Notes under the pieces: model-generated
Told to the model about the DNA's origin: nothing
What the model saw: only the letters and a program-made list of their open reading frames with translations
Database searches by the model: none
Origin: Candidatus Poribacteria bacterium
GTDB taxonomy: Bacteria > Poribacteria > WGA-4E > WGA-3G
Length of the DNA: 64,000 nucleotides
Direction of reading: 5' to 3'
Assembly: GCA_963665235.2 (NCBI GenBank)
Contig: CAXXLX010000001.1
Location: 2,144,001 to 2,208,000, forward strand
Position numbers and translations under genes: made by a program
Shown here: positions 41,978-51,615 of the stretch, in pieces
Position numbering within the stretch: the stretch's first letter is position 1
Layout: the number at the start of each line of letters is the position of its first letter

Positions 41978-43351
41978 TTATTCAGAGAGTCGTTTTAAAA
42001 CATTGTGCGTAATTTGTTCAACGACGGCATCTCCGCCAGCCAATCCGTGTGACCAGTCGGTTGTAGCAGCGGTGAAGACTGTTCCGCCTTTTGTATAGAT
42101 TCCCATCGTTGCAGCACCGGTGTGCCCCTGTTCCCAACGTTCATACCATTCGCAATCATCGGGATGCCAACGCACAGGTGCGGTTGCGAGGATTGTGAAC
42201 CCTTCAGGTGTGCCATCTTGATATGTCGGCACAGGTAAACCGTCTTGCAGTGTAAATTCACAGCCATCGCACTCATAGCCGACAACGGTGTTTTGTCCGC
42301 CGAACTTGTCATCCCTTGCTAAGTCTGTGCCTTCAAACACCCAATGTTCCGGACGGTGTGCGGTGTATGCCCCATCTCCATCCATAAATTGTCCGTGGCT
42401 CAAGTGATATCCGCCTTGAAGGAAACCGACCCCGGTCAGTTGATTTTCGGGACGCTCCACCAAATAGTGGCTCCACAAAGTACTCAACGTGCTATGGTCA
42501 TCGGTTTTGTAAATCGGGTCTTGGTTGTAGCTCTGCTTCCAGCAGACGAGTGCGCGTCCTTCGTCTTCAGAACGTACTTGCCAACACACAGCATTTCCAC
42601 TGAAGAAAGCGGCATTTCCACCTTTCGCAATAAATTCCTCAAGATTGTCCCGCATTGGGGCGGACCAGTATTCGTCGTGCCCAAGGCTCAGGACCAGCTT
42701 GTAATGCTCCAACATTTCAGGACGGAACTCAAGGTCACTATTTGCAGCATAATCGAGTACATATCCGTTCTGCTCTGCCCATACAACGAAGGGCAACTCC
42801 CAAGTCCTGAATTGGCTTCCAATAGGTCGGTCAAATGAAACACGTCGCCCTTGCATTCCGTTCTGTCCGTGATACCCGTAAAGACTAAAACCTCCCCAGT
42901 TGGTGTAGGCGTTATAGGTGTTAGTGGAGAGTTGGAACAGCATAGGGGTATTTGCACCAGGTTTAGCGGGGCGCACGATGAAAAATAGGGAACTTTCAGC
43001 GGTGCGATGATTTCTATAGATAGGGTCGCCGCCTCCATCGGAGGTGCGAAGTGTGCCTTCGTAATAACCACTCTGCCAGGTCTCTGGCACTTCAAACGTG
43101 AAGGAAGCGGGCCATCCGCACCCGTGCGATGACGCGTTTCCGGGAATCGGATGTGCAGCGGCTTGCAGGCCCGATTCGTTGAACACAACCTCGCGGGTCG
43201 CGCCTATACGTGCTATCTCAAGCGAGTAGCTTCCTGCGCTCGTTGAGACATTGAACGCAATCTCCTCACCGGGGGCGTAGCTCAGTTGGTGGGTATAGCC
43301 ATCAATATACAAGGGTCTAATACGGTTTTCGGTTTGCGTTAAAGTTGCCAT
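41978..43351 (-). CDS. N,N-dimethylformamidase beta-subunit-like (DUF6605) protein
   Basis: TYNAYTNWGG.SLY, SFDRP, GHDEYWS, FFSGN, GYECD; start MATL after AGGAGG. Confidence 0.82.
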   Translation of the reverse strand: MATLTQTENRIRPLYIDGYTHQLSYAPGEEIAFNVSTSAGSYSLEIARIGATREVVFNESGLQAAAHPIPGNASSHGCGWPASFTFEVPETWQSGYYEGTLRTSDGGGDPIYRNHRTAESSLFFIVRPAKPGANTPMLFQLSTNTYNAYTNWGGFSLYGYHGQNGMQGRRVSFDRPIGSQFRTWELPFVVWAEQNGYVLDYAANSDLEFRPEMLEHYKLVLSLGHDEYWSAPMRDNLEEFIAKGGNAAFFSGNAVCWQVRSEDEGRALVCWKQSYNQDPIYKTDDHSTLSTLWSHYLVERPENQLTGVGFLQGGYHLSHGQFMDGDGAYTAHRPEHWVFEGTDLARDDKFGGQNTVVGYECDGCEFTLQDGLPVPTYQDGTPEGFTILATAPVRWHPDDCEWYERWEQGHTGAATMGIYTKGGTVFTAATTDWSHGLAGGDAVVEQITHNVLKRLSE

Positions 43352-43502
43352 AATTTCTCCTCCTTTTGACGTGTAGAATATCACTTTCTCACAGAAATGT
43401 CAAGGGTGTATAAAATTCCGACACAAAAATTTTTGACATCTTATGCGAATTTGTGCTAAAATAGAAACGGTATGCTGATTAAATCATTAAAATGTATAGT
43501 AA

Positions 43503-43678
43503 TACCATTTTTATTAATTATCCTATCATTACCGGTCGTTAGAAATGAAACGGAGAACGGAAGACACAAACTGGAAGTTTATGCTACAAGAACGCACAAA
43601 CTGGAAGTTTATGCTACAAGAACGCACAAACTGGAAGTTTATGCTACAATAAAGAGACATTTCCAATTAGAAATGGTA
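43503..43678. mobile_element. Second copy of the TACCATTT MITE (opposite orientation) with 3 repeat units
   Basis: TAA|TACCATTT...AAATGGTA|TAA; CACAAACTGGAAGTTTATGCTACAA at 43565, 43595, 43625 (30-bp period). Confidence 0.9.
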
Positions 43679-43731
43679 TAAGGAAAAATTCCAGAGGTTA
43701 CCGATGCTGCGGCACGCCTTGAGAAAACCTC

Positions 43732-43760
43732 TTGACAATAACAGAATTTCAGGTTACAAT
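43732..43760 (+). promoter_or_regulatory. Sigma70-type promoter
   Basis: TTGACA-17nt-TACAAT. Confidence 0.6.
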
Positions 43761-43823
43761 ATCTATCGTAGATTTCAGCGTTAATTGGACATTGTGCTCC
43801 CAACACGTCCTAAGGAGGATTTA

Positions 43824-44936
43824 ATGAAAATAGCACCTGCATATCGAGAAATCGTTGATTTTATTGCAGCAGGAACGCCCCCTCAAAATGTAGTGGACTT
43901 TTCTCCCTCTGAAGAGGCCAAGGAACGGGTTGCAGAGCTCATATATCGTGAAAGGACGACGGGGTTAACCTCTGAAGAAACGGCGGAACTCAATCGCTGT
44001 TTGCAAATTGAACATCTGATGCGTCTTGCTAAATCACGCGCGCAGTACTATTTGAAAAATGAGAAGGAAGAGAAAAAAATGAAAACCGAACAAAAACAAA
44101 CAACCCCGCTTTCTCCTGAACAGATGGAACAGTGGGAAAACGATGGGTATTTGCTACTGAAAGACGTTGTGCCAGAATCTTATATCAATGGCGTACGCGA
44201 TAGGTTTGCCCACGTCGTTGATGGCATCATTGACCAACTCAAAGAACAGAAAATCGTTGAAGATGAAGGTGCAGACCTACCATTTGAAACGCGTTTCTGG
44301 GAGGTCGCTGGTGAACATGCCAACCGCTTCGGACGTTCCTGGCGTGGCCAAATTGCAACATCTGAAATTTTTGACCTGCACTACGCTGGTCCGCTCGTAG
44401 ATGCAATTGGGCAACTCACCGGGACAGATGTAATCGGGCACCCTGTCTTCAATGCACGTCCTAAGTTGCCGGGGCAGCAATTGACCGTAGTGCCGTGGCA
44501 CCAAGACAGTGGTTATTTCGGTAAAGTTAGCGAAGAATCGCTCATTCCGACAACATGGATACCGCTTGTGCCGGTAGATGAAACCAACGGGTGCCTACAG
44601 GTAGTTGCAGGCTCACACCGATTAGGTGTCGTTGACCATCACACGGAAAGCCGAGAGGGCAGGTTTCTTGAGGTGATGGACGAGCTTATAGAGGATTCCC
44701 GTATTGTAACCTGTCCTATGGAGATAGGTGATGCGCTGGTGTTCCATAACCTTACACTTCACCGCTCCTTACCGCACACCACAAGCGAGATTATCCGATG
44801 GGCGATTGATATCCGCTATCTCCGGGATGGTGACCATCCGGGCAGCATTTATTGGAAAGACCCCGATTTTAAGTGGGTTATCCGAAGCGAGACGCAACCT
44901 TTGACAACACTGGCGCAATGGCTTGAAATGTGGTAG
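43824..44936 (+). CDS. Small helical (antitoxin-like) domain fused in frame to a phytanoyl-CoA dioxygenase
   Basis: AAGGAGG RBS; second ATG 44079 with its own purine-rich RBS; WHQD...LHRS PhyH motifs. Confidence 0.8.
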   Translation: MKIAPAYREIVDFIAAGTPPQNVVDFSPSEEAKERVAELIYRERTTGLTSEETAELNRCLQIEHLMRLAKSRAQYYLKNEKEEKKMKTEQKQTTPLSPEQMEQWENDGYLLLKDVVPESYINGVRDRFAHVVDGIIDQLKEQKIVEDEGADLPFETRFWEVAGEHANRFGRSWRGQIATSEIFDLHYAGPLVDAIGQLTGTDVIGHPVFNARPKLPGQQLTVVPWHQDSGYFGKVSEESLIPTTWIPLVPVDETNGCLQVVAGSHRLGVVDHHTESREGRFLEVMDELIEDSRIVTCPMEIGDALVFHNLTLHRSLPHTTSEIIRWAIDIRYLRDGDHPGSIYWKDPDFKWVIRSETQPLTTLAQWLEMW

Positions 44937-45076
44937 TAACAGGACTCCCGCGTTTTTCTTAAGAATAGAGTTTACGCACTCCTCCCTGCCCCCTGCTCGG
45001 GAAAGAATACGTGGGGTTGGGGGGATAAACGGAGGTAAAACCCTTATCTGCGTCCGTTTTGAAGGACAAAACTTAT

Positions 45077-46090
45077 ATGCAACGTGTGCCTTTCCAAACC
45101 TTATGTGATGAATTTTATCGTGTGTTAGCTGCTGTTGATTTCGATGGCGCACAGGCGAAATTATGTGCGACACTATTTGCCGAGAATCAACGGGATGGCG
45201 TTTATTCACACGGGCTCAATCGCTTTCCTGGGTTTGTCGCTGGCTTGGAAAGTAAACGGATTAATTTCCGGGCACAACCGGAAAAAATAGAAAGTTTCGG
45301 TGCATTAGAACGGTGGGATGGCAAAATGGGGGTAGGTCTCGTCAACGCGCACATATCTATGCAACGGGCAGCGGCCCTTGCCGACACATACAGCATCGGA
45401 TGTGTAGGACTTTCGAACACAAATCACTGGATGCGGGGCGGAGCTTACGCACTCCAAGCCGCAGAGGCGGGTTATATCGGCATCTGCTGGACAAATACGA
45501 CCCGCCTTATGCCGCCCTGGGGGTCCGCTGAAAAAAAGATTGGCAACAACCCGATGGCAATTGCTGTTCCAAGAAAAGCGGGGCACATCCTGCTGGATAT
45601 GGCGATGAGTCAATATTCAAACGGAAAATTAGAGGTGCTCACGCGGCAAGGAAAACAGCTGCCGCTACCAGGTGGATATGACACGGATGGAAATCTAACG
45701 GTCGAGCCGGCGGAAATCCTAAATTCCAGGAGAGCTCTCCCCATCGGTTATTGGAAAGGCTCCGGTTTAGCACTTGTGCTCGACACAATGGCTGCCGTTA
45801 TATCGGGGGGACAAGCCACGCATGAGATTGGACAGCAGCACTCGGAATATGCGGTCTCACAGGTCTTCATCGCAATTAACGCCATAGAAATGATGGGCGA
45901 AGCAGCACTGGACGAGACGGTTGCAGCGATTATAGACGATTTTCGGACAGCTACGCCCCTGGATGAAAACGAAAAAGTGCGGTACCCGGGAGAGGGTATG
46001 TTGCGGATACGACGGGAAAGTCTCGAGAAGGGTGTTCTCGTAGACGAAACACAGTGGCAAGCTTTGCTAGGGATGCATAAAAATGACTAA
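45077..46090 (+). CDS. yiaK: 3-dehydro-L-gulonate 2-dehydrogenase (Ldh_2 family)
   Basis: GVYSHGLNRF, NTNHWMRGG, ICWTN, DMAMSQYS, PIGYWKGSGL. Confidence 0.88.
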   Translation: MQRVPFQTLCDEFYRVLAAVDFDGAQAKLCATLFAENQRDGVYSHGLNRFPGFVAGLESKRINFRAQPEKIESFGALERWDGKMGVGLVNAHISMQRAAALADTYSIGCVGLSNTNHWMRGGAYALQAAEAGYIGICWTNTTRLMPPWGSAEKKIGNNPMAIAVPRKAGHILLDMAMSQYSNGKLEVLTRQGKQLPLPGGYDTDGNLTVEPAEILNSRRALPIGYWKGSGLALVLDTMAAVISGGQATHEIGQQHSEYAVSQVFIAINAIEMMGEAALDETVAAIIDDFRTATPLDENEKVRYPGEGMLRIRRESLEKGVLVDETQWQALLGMHKND

Positions 46091-46101
46091 GGAGATAATT
46101 C

Positions 46102-47205
46102 ATGGCACTACGCGCGGGGCTTGTCGGTTGTGGCGGGATTAGTCGAAGTCATGCGGCAGCGTACTCAAATTTAGGGGATATTGCGCTCGTCGCGGTATGC
46201 GATATAAACCGTGATGCACTGAATAATCGTGCCGATGAACACGGTGTTTCAAATCGCTATACCGACTACGAGACGATGTTTACGCGCGAGGCATTAGATA
46301 TTGTAAGCGTGTGTACGCACGCTCCGCTACATGCGCCGATAGCGATTGCAGCAGCCCAAGCGGGTATTCATGTCTTATGTGAAAAACCGTTAGCTGTCGA
46401 TGTAGAGGCCGCTGATCGGATGCTTGCGGCATGTCAAGCAGCGGGTGTCCATTTGGCGGTCAGTCATCAGTTCCGATTTACCCCGCTCTTTCGGCATGCG
46501 AAATCGCAAATTGATGCAGGTAAAATTGGCAAACTCCGCTCAATTCGCGAAGTCGGCAAAGGCCGTGAAGCAGGATTTGAGTTGATGGAAATGGGGGTCC
46601 ACTATTTTGACGAGATGGATTTTTTCCTAGATGGCATCTCCTGGATCCAAGCGCATATCACCTATCAGGGACACGACGTGACAGCAGCAGATATTATGCA
46701 CAGTAGTGAACTGTGTAAAACCGATAGACGTGATAACGGCCTCGTTGCAGGAGATACGATGCTTGTACATATCGGGGGTGCAAGCGGAGCTTACGGGATT
46801 ATAGAACTTTATTGCCGCAAACATAGACACGGCTGGATGATGGGCCCACATCTGCTCGGCTCGGAGGGACAATTAATGATAAAACCGAACCCGAACACCG
46901 GTATAGACGAGATGTGGTACTGCCCCTTCGATGTTTCTTTTGCGGCACATACTCCCACCTGGGAACAGATAGAATTGGACGTATCAGCGTTCCAAATCTC
47001 TGGAAAAACGTGGCGGTCTCGCCACACTATCTGGAGTGCAAAAAATATGCGAGACGCAATTCTTAACGGAAATCAACCTGAACTTGGCGGCCACAATGCC
47101 CTGACATCGCTTGAGTGTGTGAGTGCGACATACACCTCCCATTTCAGTGGAAAAAAGGTACAACTGCCGTTAAGGGAGCGGAGTCATCCGCTTGCAATTT
47201 CGTAG
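46102..47205 (+). CDS. Gfo/Idh/MocA oxidoreductase
   Basis: GLVGCGGIS, HVLCEKP. Confidence 0.9.
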   Translation: MALRAGLVGCGGISRSHAAAYSNLGDIALVAVCDINRDALNNRADEHGVSNRYTDYETMFTREALDIVSVCTHAPLHAPIAIAAAQAGIHVLCEKPLAVDVEAADRMLAACQAAGVHLAVSHQFRFTPLFRHAKSQIDAGKIGKLRSIREVGKGREAGFELMEMGVHYFDEMDFFLDGISWIQAHITYQGHDVTAADIMHSSELCKTDRRDNGLVAGDTMLVHIGGASGAYGIIELYCRKHRHGWMMGPHLLGSEGQLMIKPNPNTGIDEMWYCPFDVSFAAHTPTWEQIELDVSAFQISGKTWRSRHTIWSAKNMRDAILNGNQPELGGHNALTSLECVSATYTSHFSGKKVQLPLRERSHPLAIS

Positions 47206-47222
47206 CAAGTAAGGAGAATTAC

Positions 47223-48071
47223 ATGAAATTGGCTTTCTTTAACGATTACCGACTTGGAGTCATAAAAGCAGATGGAATTGTTGACCTCAGCGATGCCGTG
47301 AGCGATATTTCATATCGGACACCGCAAGAACTGATGACATTGGTGATTGAAGACTTCGATAACCTGCGTTCAACATTCGCGGATGCGGCTGAAAATGGCG
47401 AGGCTATCGCTTTGGAGCGTGTGAGCTTCAAACCCCCGCTGCCGCGACCGGGACAACTCGTCTGCCTTGCAGGAAATTATATTGAACCGGATAGTCCAAC
47501 TCGTGGGGATTTCAATGCGTTCTTGAAATCACCAACCGGCACTGTTGCCACAGAAGAGACAGTGACATTGCCGGAAGCAGACGTAACCGTGTTTCATTTC
47601 GAACCGGAGTTGGCAATTGTCATCGGCAAAACAGCGAAGCATCTCACTGAAGAGAACGCTCTTGACTGTGTGTTCGGATACACACAATTTATCGACGTGT
47701 CCGCGCGGGGTTTGCCCGGCGGATTCTTTTTAGGAAAAAGCTGGCACACGTTTGCTCCGATGGGGCCCGCGCTTGTAACGGCTGATGAGGTCCCCGACGC
47801 GAACGCACTCGGCGTACAGCTCTGGATTAATAATCGGCTGCAACACGACTTCTCCACAAATTCTATGGCACGTTTCATCGCGGAACTCCTATCGGAGGTA
47901 ACCAACGTTTTAACGTTAGAGCCGGGCGATGTCGTTTCCACAGGGACGCATCACGAAGCTCTCACTGCAGTCGGAGACGGGGACACGGTAAGGTTGGCAA
48001 TAGAAGGTTTCGGCCCGGCGTTGACAGTTAACGTCAAAGACCCGTTAGAGCGTACAGCGTGGCGCGGTTAG
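47223..48071 (+). CDS. Fumarylacetoacetate hydrolase family protein
   Basis: HFEPELAIVIGK, DVSAR, GKSWHTFAPMGP, TLEPGDVVSTGT. Confidence 0.92.
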   Translation: MKLAFFNDYRLGVIKADGIVDLSDAVSDISYRTPQELMTLVIEDFDNLRSTFADAAENGEAIALERVSFKPPLPRPGQLVCLAGNYIEPDSPTRGDFNAFLKSPTGTVATEETVTLPEADVTVFHFEPELAIVIGKTAKHLTEENALDCVFGYTQFIDVSARGLPGGFFLGKSWHTFAPMGPALVTADEVPDANALGVQLWINNRLQHDFSTNSMARFIAELLSEVTNVLTLEPGDVVSTGTHHEALTAVGDGDTVRLAIEGFGPALTVNVKDPLERTAWRG

Positions 48072-48121
48072 TGGAAGAAAAACAGGGGGCACCTCAAAAT
48101 TTCAACCGCGCAAAAAAAATG

Positions 48122-48151
48122 TTGACAATTGTATGAATTTGTGGGTATAAT
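48122..48151 (+). promoter_or_regulatory. Sigma70-type promoter
   Basis: TTGACA-18nt-TATAAT. Confidence 0.7.
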
Positions 48152-48226
48152 TAGTTAGGAGAATTTAGAGCCTTCTCTCGCAGCCACAAAATCTTAAAAT
48201 CCGAGATACGGAAGGAGATTGATTTA

Positions 48227-49153
48227 ATGCAAAAACCGAGAAATATAGCTGTGTTTGTCGTCCTCGCGATTGCCTTCGCATGGATGGCAGGTTGTGGCGG
48301 TTGTAATCCAGAACCGGTCCTCACTGGGATGACCCCCCTGGAGGGGCCCGAAACCGGCGGCACAACTGTCCAGATTACCGGCGAAAAATTTGATATGAAG
48401 AAAAGTGTTACCGTAACGTTCGGCGGAGAAAACGCCACAAGCGTGACGGTGCCAAGCAAAACGCAAATTACGGCGGTTACGCCAGCAGGAAAAGCGGGTG
48501 AATCGGTCGCTGTCGTTGTTACCAACAATAGCAAACCTGAAGTACCTGTTACCCTTTCACAACAATTTACCTATACCGATGCAACGCCACCAACAGTGAC
48601 GATGACCGAGCCCACCGATGGCACAGTCATAGCCGAATACGAAGACTCGTTGAATGTACGCGATAGCCTGTCGGTTACGTTCAGTGAACCCATAGATGCA
48701 AATAGTGTCTCAATCAACGTAGCGGTTGCTAAAACGGAGGACTCCTTGAGCGAACCGGCAGCAGCTACACTTACCGGCACCGTAAGCGGTGCGGGAGATT
48801 CTGTGACGTTTACATCGGATATGCCGATGCGTTGCGGCCGCATATACACTGTTACCGTTTCGGGAGCCAAGGATATGGCGGGCAATGCCCTCGCTGCTGA
48901 GTACACCTTCAGTTTTAGCGTGACAAGTCCAGAACCGGTCTATAAATACTATGTCCAAGAAGAGGATATTGCGGAAGGAAACGGGGAGGCAGCCCTGAAG
49001 TACATCGCTGCACGGCCCGAAATCTTCGATAATCCGGAGATGTGGGAACGTTTGGTTGCCGCAAATCAGGACTATTATGTCTTCAACCGCAAGAAGTTGC
49101 TTGTGGACCAACTGTTGTTAGTTCCGAGAGGGCCTGCTTGGGGCGATAAATAA
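48227..49153 (+). CDS. Lipoprotein with IPT/TIG, Ig-like (Big_5) and LysM-like domains
   Basis: MAGC lipobox; P.EGPETGGTTVQITG; DATPPTV...FSEPID...DMAGN; YYVQEED...W..LV.AN...L.VP. Confidence 0.8.
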   Translation: MQKPRNIAVFVVLAIAFAWMAGCGGCNPEPVLTGMTPLEGPETGGTTVQITGEKFDMKKSVTVTFGGENATSVTVPSKTQITAVTPAGKAGESVAVVVTNNSKPEVPVTLSQQFTYTDATPPTVTMTEPTDGTVIAEYEDSLNVRDSLSVTFSEPIDANSVSINVAVAKTEDSLSEPAAATLTGTVSGAGDSVTFTSDMPMRCGRIYTVTVSGAKDMAGNALAAEYTFSFSVTSPEPVYKYYVQEEDIAEGNGEAALKYIAARPEIFDNPEMWERLVAANQDYYVFNRKKLLVDQLLLVPRGPAWGDK

Positions 49154-49172
49154 TTAAAATTTTACCACTCTT

Positions 49173-49214
49173 CCGCTAAGGTTTCCCCATGCTTCAGCTT
49201 GGGGATGTAAGCGG
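49173..49214. mobile_element. IS200/IS605-type subterminal hairpin remnant
   Basis: CCGCT..CCCCATGCTTCAGCTTGGGGATGTAAGCGG; no tnpA/tnpB nearby. Confidence 0.45.
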
Positions 49215-49391
49215 CGTAAGGTGTGAAGGCAAAATAAATTTGACTTTCCATCTAAAATGTGGTTTAATTATCTAAGAATAAGAAAGTCGTGTAACTGCTA
49301 CACGGCTTTTTTGTTTGCAATGTTTGCAAGATAGGTGTGCCTTTTAACAGCACCGTAGGCACTAATTTAGTAGGTTGGGTGGCCCTTAAAA

Positions 49392-49444
49392 AAGAAAAAA
49401 CGGATTGAAGGTAAAAAAATGTTAAAACCAATCCGTTCTTTCTT
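49392..49444 (-). terminator. Probable terminator of the Asp/Thr-rich gene
   Basis: AAGAAAAAACGGATTG...CAATCCGTTCTTTCTT inverted repeat. Confidence 0.5.
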
Positions 49445-49468
49445 ATAGGTTAGATGATGTAAGAAGTA

Positions 49469-49783
49469 TTAGGTACCACCGTTGTCCGTGTTAGCATCAT
49501 CAGTGTCTGTGCCAGCATCATCGGTGTCCGTGTTAGCATCATCGGTATCCGTGTTAGTATCATCGGTATCCGTACCAGTGTCGGTATCCGCGTCAGTAGT
49601 GTCGGTGCCCGTGTCAGCATCATCGGTGTCCGTCCCAGTGTCGGTATCCGTGTCAGTAGTGTCGGTGTCCGTACCCATGTCGGTACCCGTCACCGTTTCT
49701 AACGGATTTTGTACACGCTCGCACGCCATGAAAGCGATAGAACTGATTAAAACAACAAGTAGAATTATCTGAAATTTTAGCAT
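49469..49783 (-). CDS. Small Asp/Thr-rich low-complexity lipoprotein
   Basis: FMAC lipobox; DTDTG/DTDDAN repeats; RBS AAGGAG. Confidence 0.75.
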   Translation of the reverse strand: MLKFQIILLVVLISSIAFMACERVQNPLETVTGTDMGTDTDTTDTDTDTGTDTDDADTGTDTTDADTDTGTDTDDTNTDTDDANTDTDDAGTDTDDANTDNGGT

Positions 49784-50004
49784 TATTAATGCTCCTTATC
49801 TATAGAATTCTAAGGAAAAAATTATGAAGAAGGGTTAATCTATTCGTAGATTTGAGACTTTAAAGCGAAAAAGTCCGTTCACTTTAGATTGTGCCTCTTC
49901 AGATTTATATACTACACAACTTCACTTAAAATAATACCATATTTTGTTTTAATTTTCAAAAAAAATTACTCGGGTGGAAGGGTGGAAAAAAGAAAATATC
50001 AAAA

Positions 50005-51615
50005 TCACTCTTTATCAATTTTTAGGATTTCTGAACGAATTTTTAGAATATAGGGATGCTTCGGAGCTTGCCCAAAAGCAGCTTCAATTTCACGGTGTGC
50101 TTCAGGAGTACGCTTCAGACGGTAATAGACAAATGCAAGCGTAGCACGGTGTTCGGGACGTTTATCGCGTACGACAACCGCCTTAGCGAGGGTGAGTGCT
50201 TCGGCAAGGTTTCTGTTTTCCGTTGCGAATAGGTATGCTAATGCATCTTTTGGAAACGGGATTTCTGGTGCAAGTTGGATTGCCCGACGGAAATCGGTCT
50301 CTGCTTTCTCGGGCTCCCCCCGTTTCTGACGAATCAGACCGCGCCACCAGTACCCCGGTGCCCAGGTAGGTTTATGCTGGATACCCAGGTTAAAAGCGGC
50401 TTCGGCCCCTTTCAGGTTACCAGCTGCCTCGCGCAGGTTTGCAAGCTGGGAGTAAGCATCCATAAAGCTGGGTTCAGCTCGGATGAGGGTGAGGTAGTGG
50501 GCTTCGGCCGCTGTCAAATTCCCGAATTTCGTTTCTATCATGCCGAGATGCAGTAGGGCTTGCCGCGAAGAAGGTTCAAACTTGAGCACACGTTGATATA
50601 TTTTCTTGGCAGATTCCAATTGGTTCAACTGCATCTGAACATAGGCGTAATCCTTCAAGGCGGGCATAAACGTATCATCTATTTCAAGTACCTTTTGAAG
50701 CAGTTTTAATGCAGGTTGTACCTGCTGTTTTTCAAGAAGTTGATGTACCTGCCGGAGATAGACTGTAACCAATGTGCGCCGATAGCGTGCCTGCGCAGCC
50801 TTTGCATCTTCGGTGTTTCCGAGTTGGACGAGCACCGCTGCAAGGGCTTTGTGAAATATGGGTTTGTGTGAATGGTGTTGGATAGCGTGTTGATAGAAAT
50901 CGCGTGCTGCTTCAAACTGCCTGCGCTTTGCAGCAACCTCACCTCGACCAAAGGCAGCACTTGCAAGTGTCGTATCCTGGGTGAGTGCTTCTCTAAAAAC
51001 CGCGTCCGCTTCATCAATACGGTCGAGTTTGAGAAGGATATAGCCGAGGTTGTTATAGGCAGCTGTTGCGTCTGGGTGCAGTTGTACAGCGACAATATAG
51101 TATCTACGTGCCTGCTCTAAGTTGCCGCGCTCGGTCTCAATCTGCCCTAGGGCGATGTACCAGAGGGCGGGTGCATTTTCGCCTGTCCCTTTGATAGCTT
51201 TCTGGAACAACGCATCAGCCTCATCAAGCTGTCCGTTGCGGTGATACGCGGTTGCAAGTTTAGCTTGCAAGGGCGGTTCAAATGTGAGACGTTCCGCTTT
51301 CGGGTACGTAGAAAGCAGTTTTAGTGCCTGCTGAAAGGCGGCAATTGCCCTCGGGTAATCCTCTAATTTTGCGGAAGCGTCGCCGACACCGATATGGGCA
51401 ATTGGGAGTTTCGGGGCTACGCTGGCAAGCGTTTGATATAAGTGGAGGGCATCATCCCACTGCTCCTTCTGAAACGTACGTTGTGCCAACTCTAACTGCT
51501 GCCGGACGGTTACAGGATAGGTGGATATATCCCACGGTGAGGCATCCCCGAACATGGGGATGGTGAGCAGAAATAGGAGAAGCCAGATGGCAATTCGGAA
51601 TAGTCCTAAGTTCAT
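50005..51615 (-). CDS. Secreted TPR-repeat protein
   Basis: Signal peptide; more than 10 TPR-like units (AYNNLG, A..HLG). Confidence 0.88.
   Translation of the reverse strand: MNLGLFRIAIWLLLFLLTIPMFGDASPWDISTYPVTVRQQLELAQRTFQKEQWDDALHLYQTLASVAPKLPIAHIGVGDASAKLEDYPRAIAAFQQALKLLSTYPKAERLTFEPPLQAKLATAYHRNGQLDEADALFQKAIKGTGENAPALWYIALGQIETERGNLEQARRYYIVAVQLHPDATAAYNNLGYILLKLDRIDEADAVFREALTQDTTLASAAFGRGEVAAKRRQFEAARDFYQHAIQHHSHKPIFHKALAAVLVQLGNTEDAKAAQARYRRTLVTVYLRQVHQLLEKQQVQPALKLLQKVLEIDDTFMPALKDYAYVQMQLNQLESAKKIYQRVLKFEPSSRQALLHLGMIETKFGNLTAAEAHYLTLIRAEPSFMDAYSQLANLREAAGNLKGAEAAFNLGIQHKPTWAPGYWWRGLIRQKRGEPEKAETDFRRAIQLAPEIPFPKDALAYLFATENRNLAEALTLAKAVVVRDKRPEHRATLAFVYYRLKRTPEAHREIEAAFGQAPKHPYILKIRSEILKIDKE

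Noticed and set aside
43565-43650. Mini-CRISPR, or the 69-aa ORF 43472-43681
   Set aside because: Perfect 30-bp tandem repeat without spacers; the ORF is a translation of the MITE
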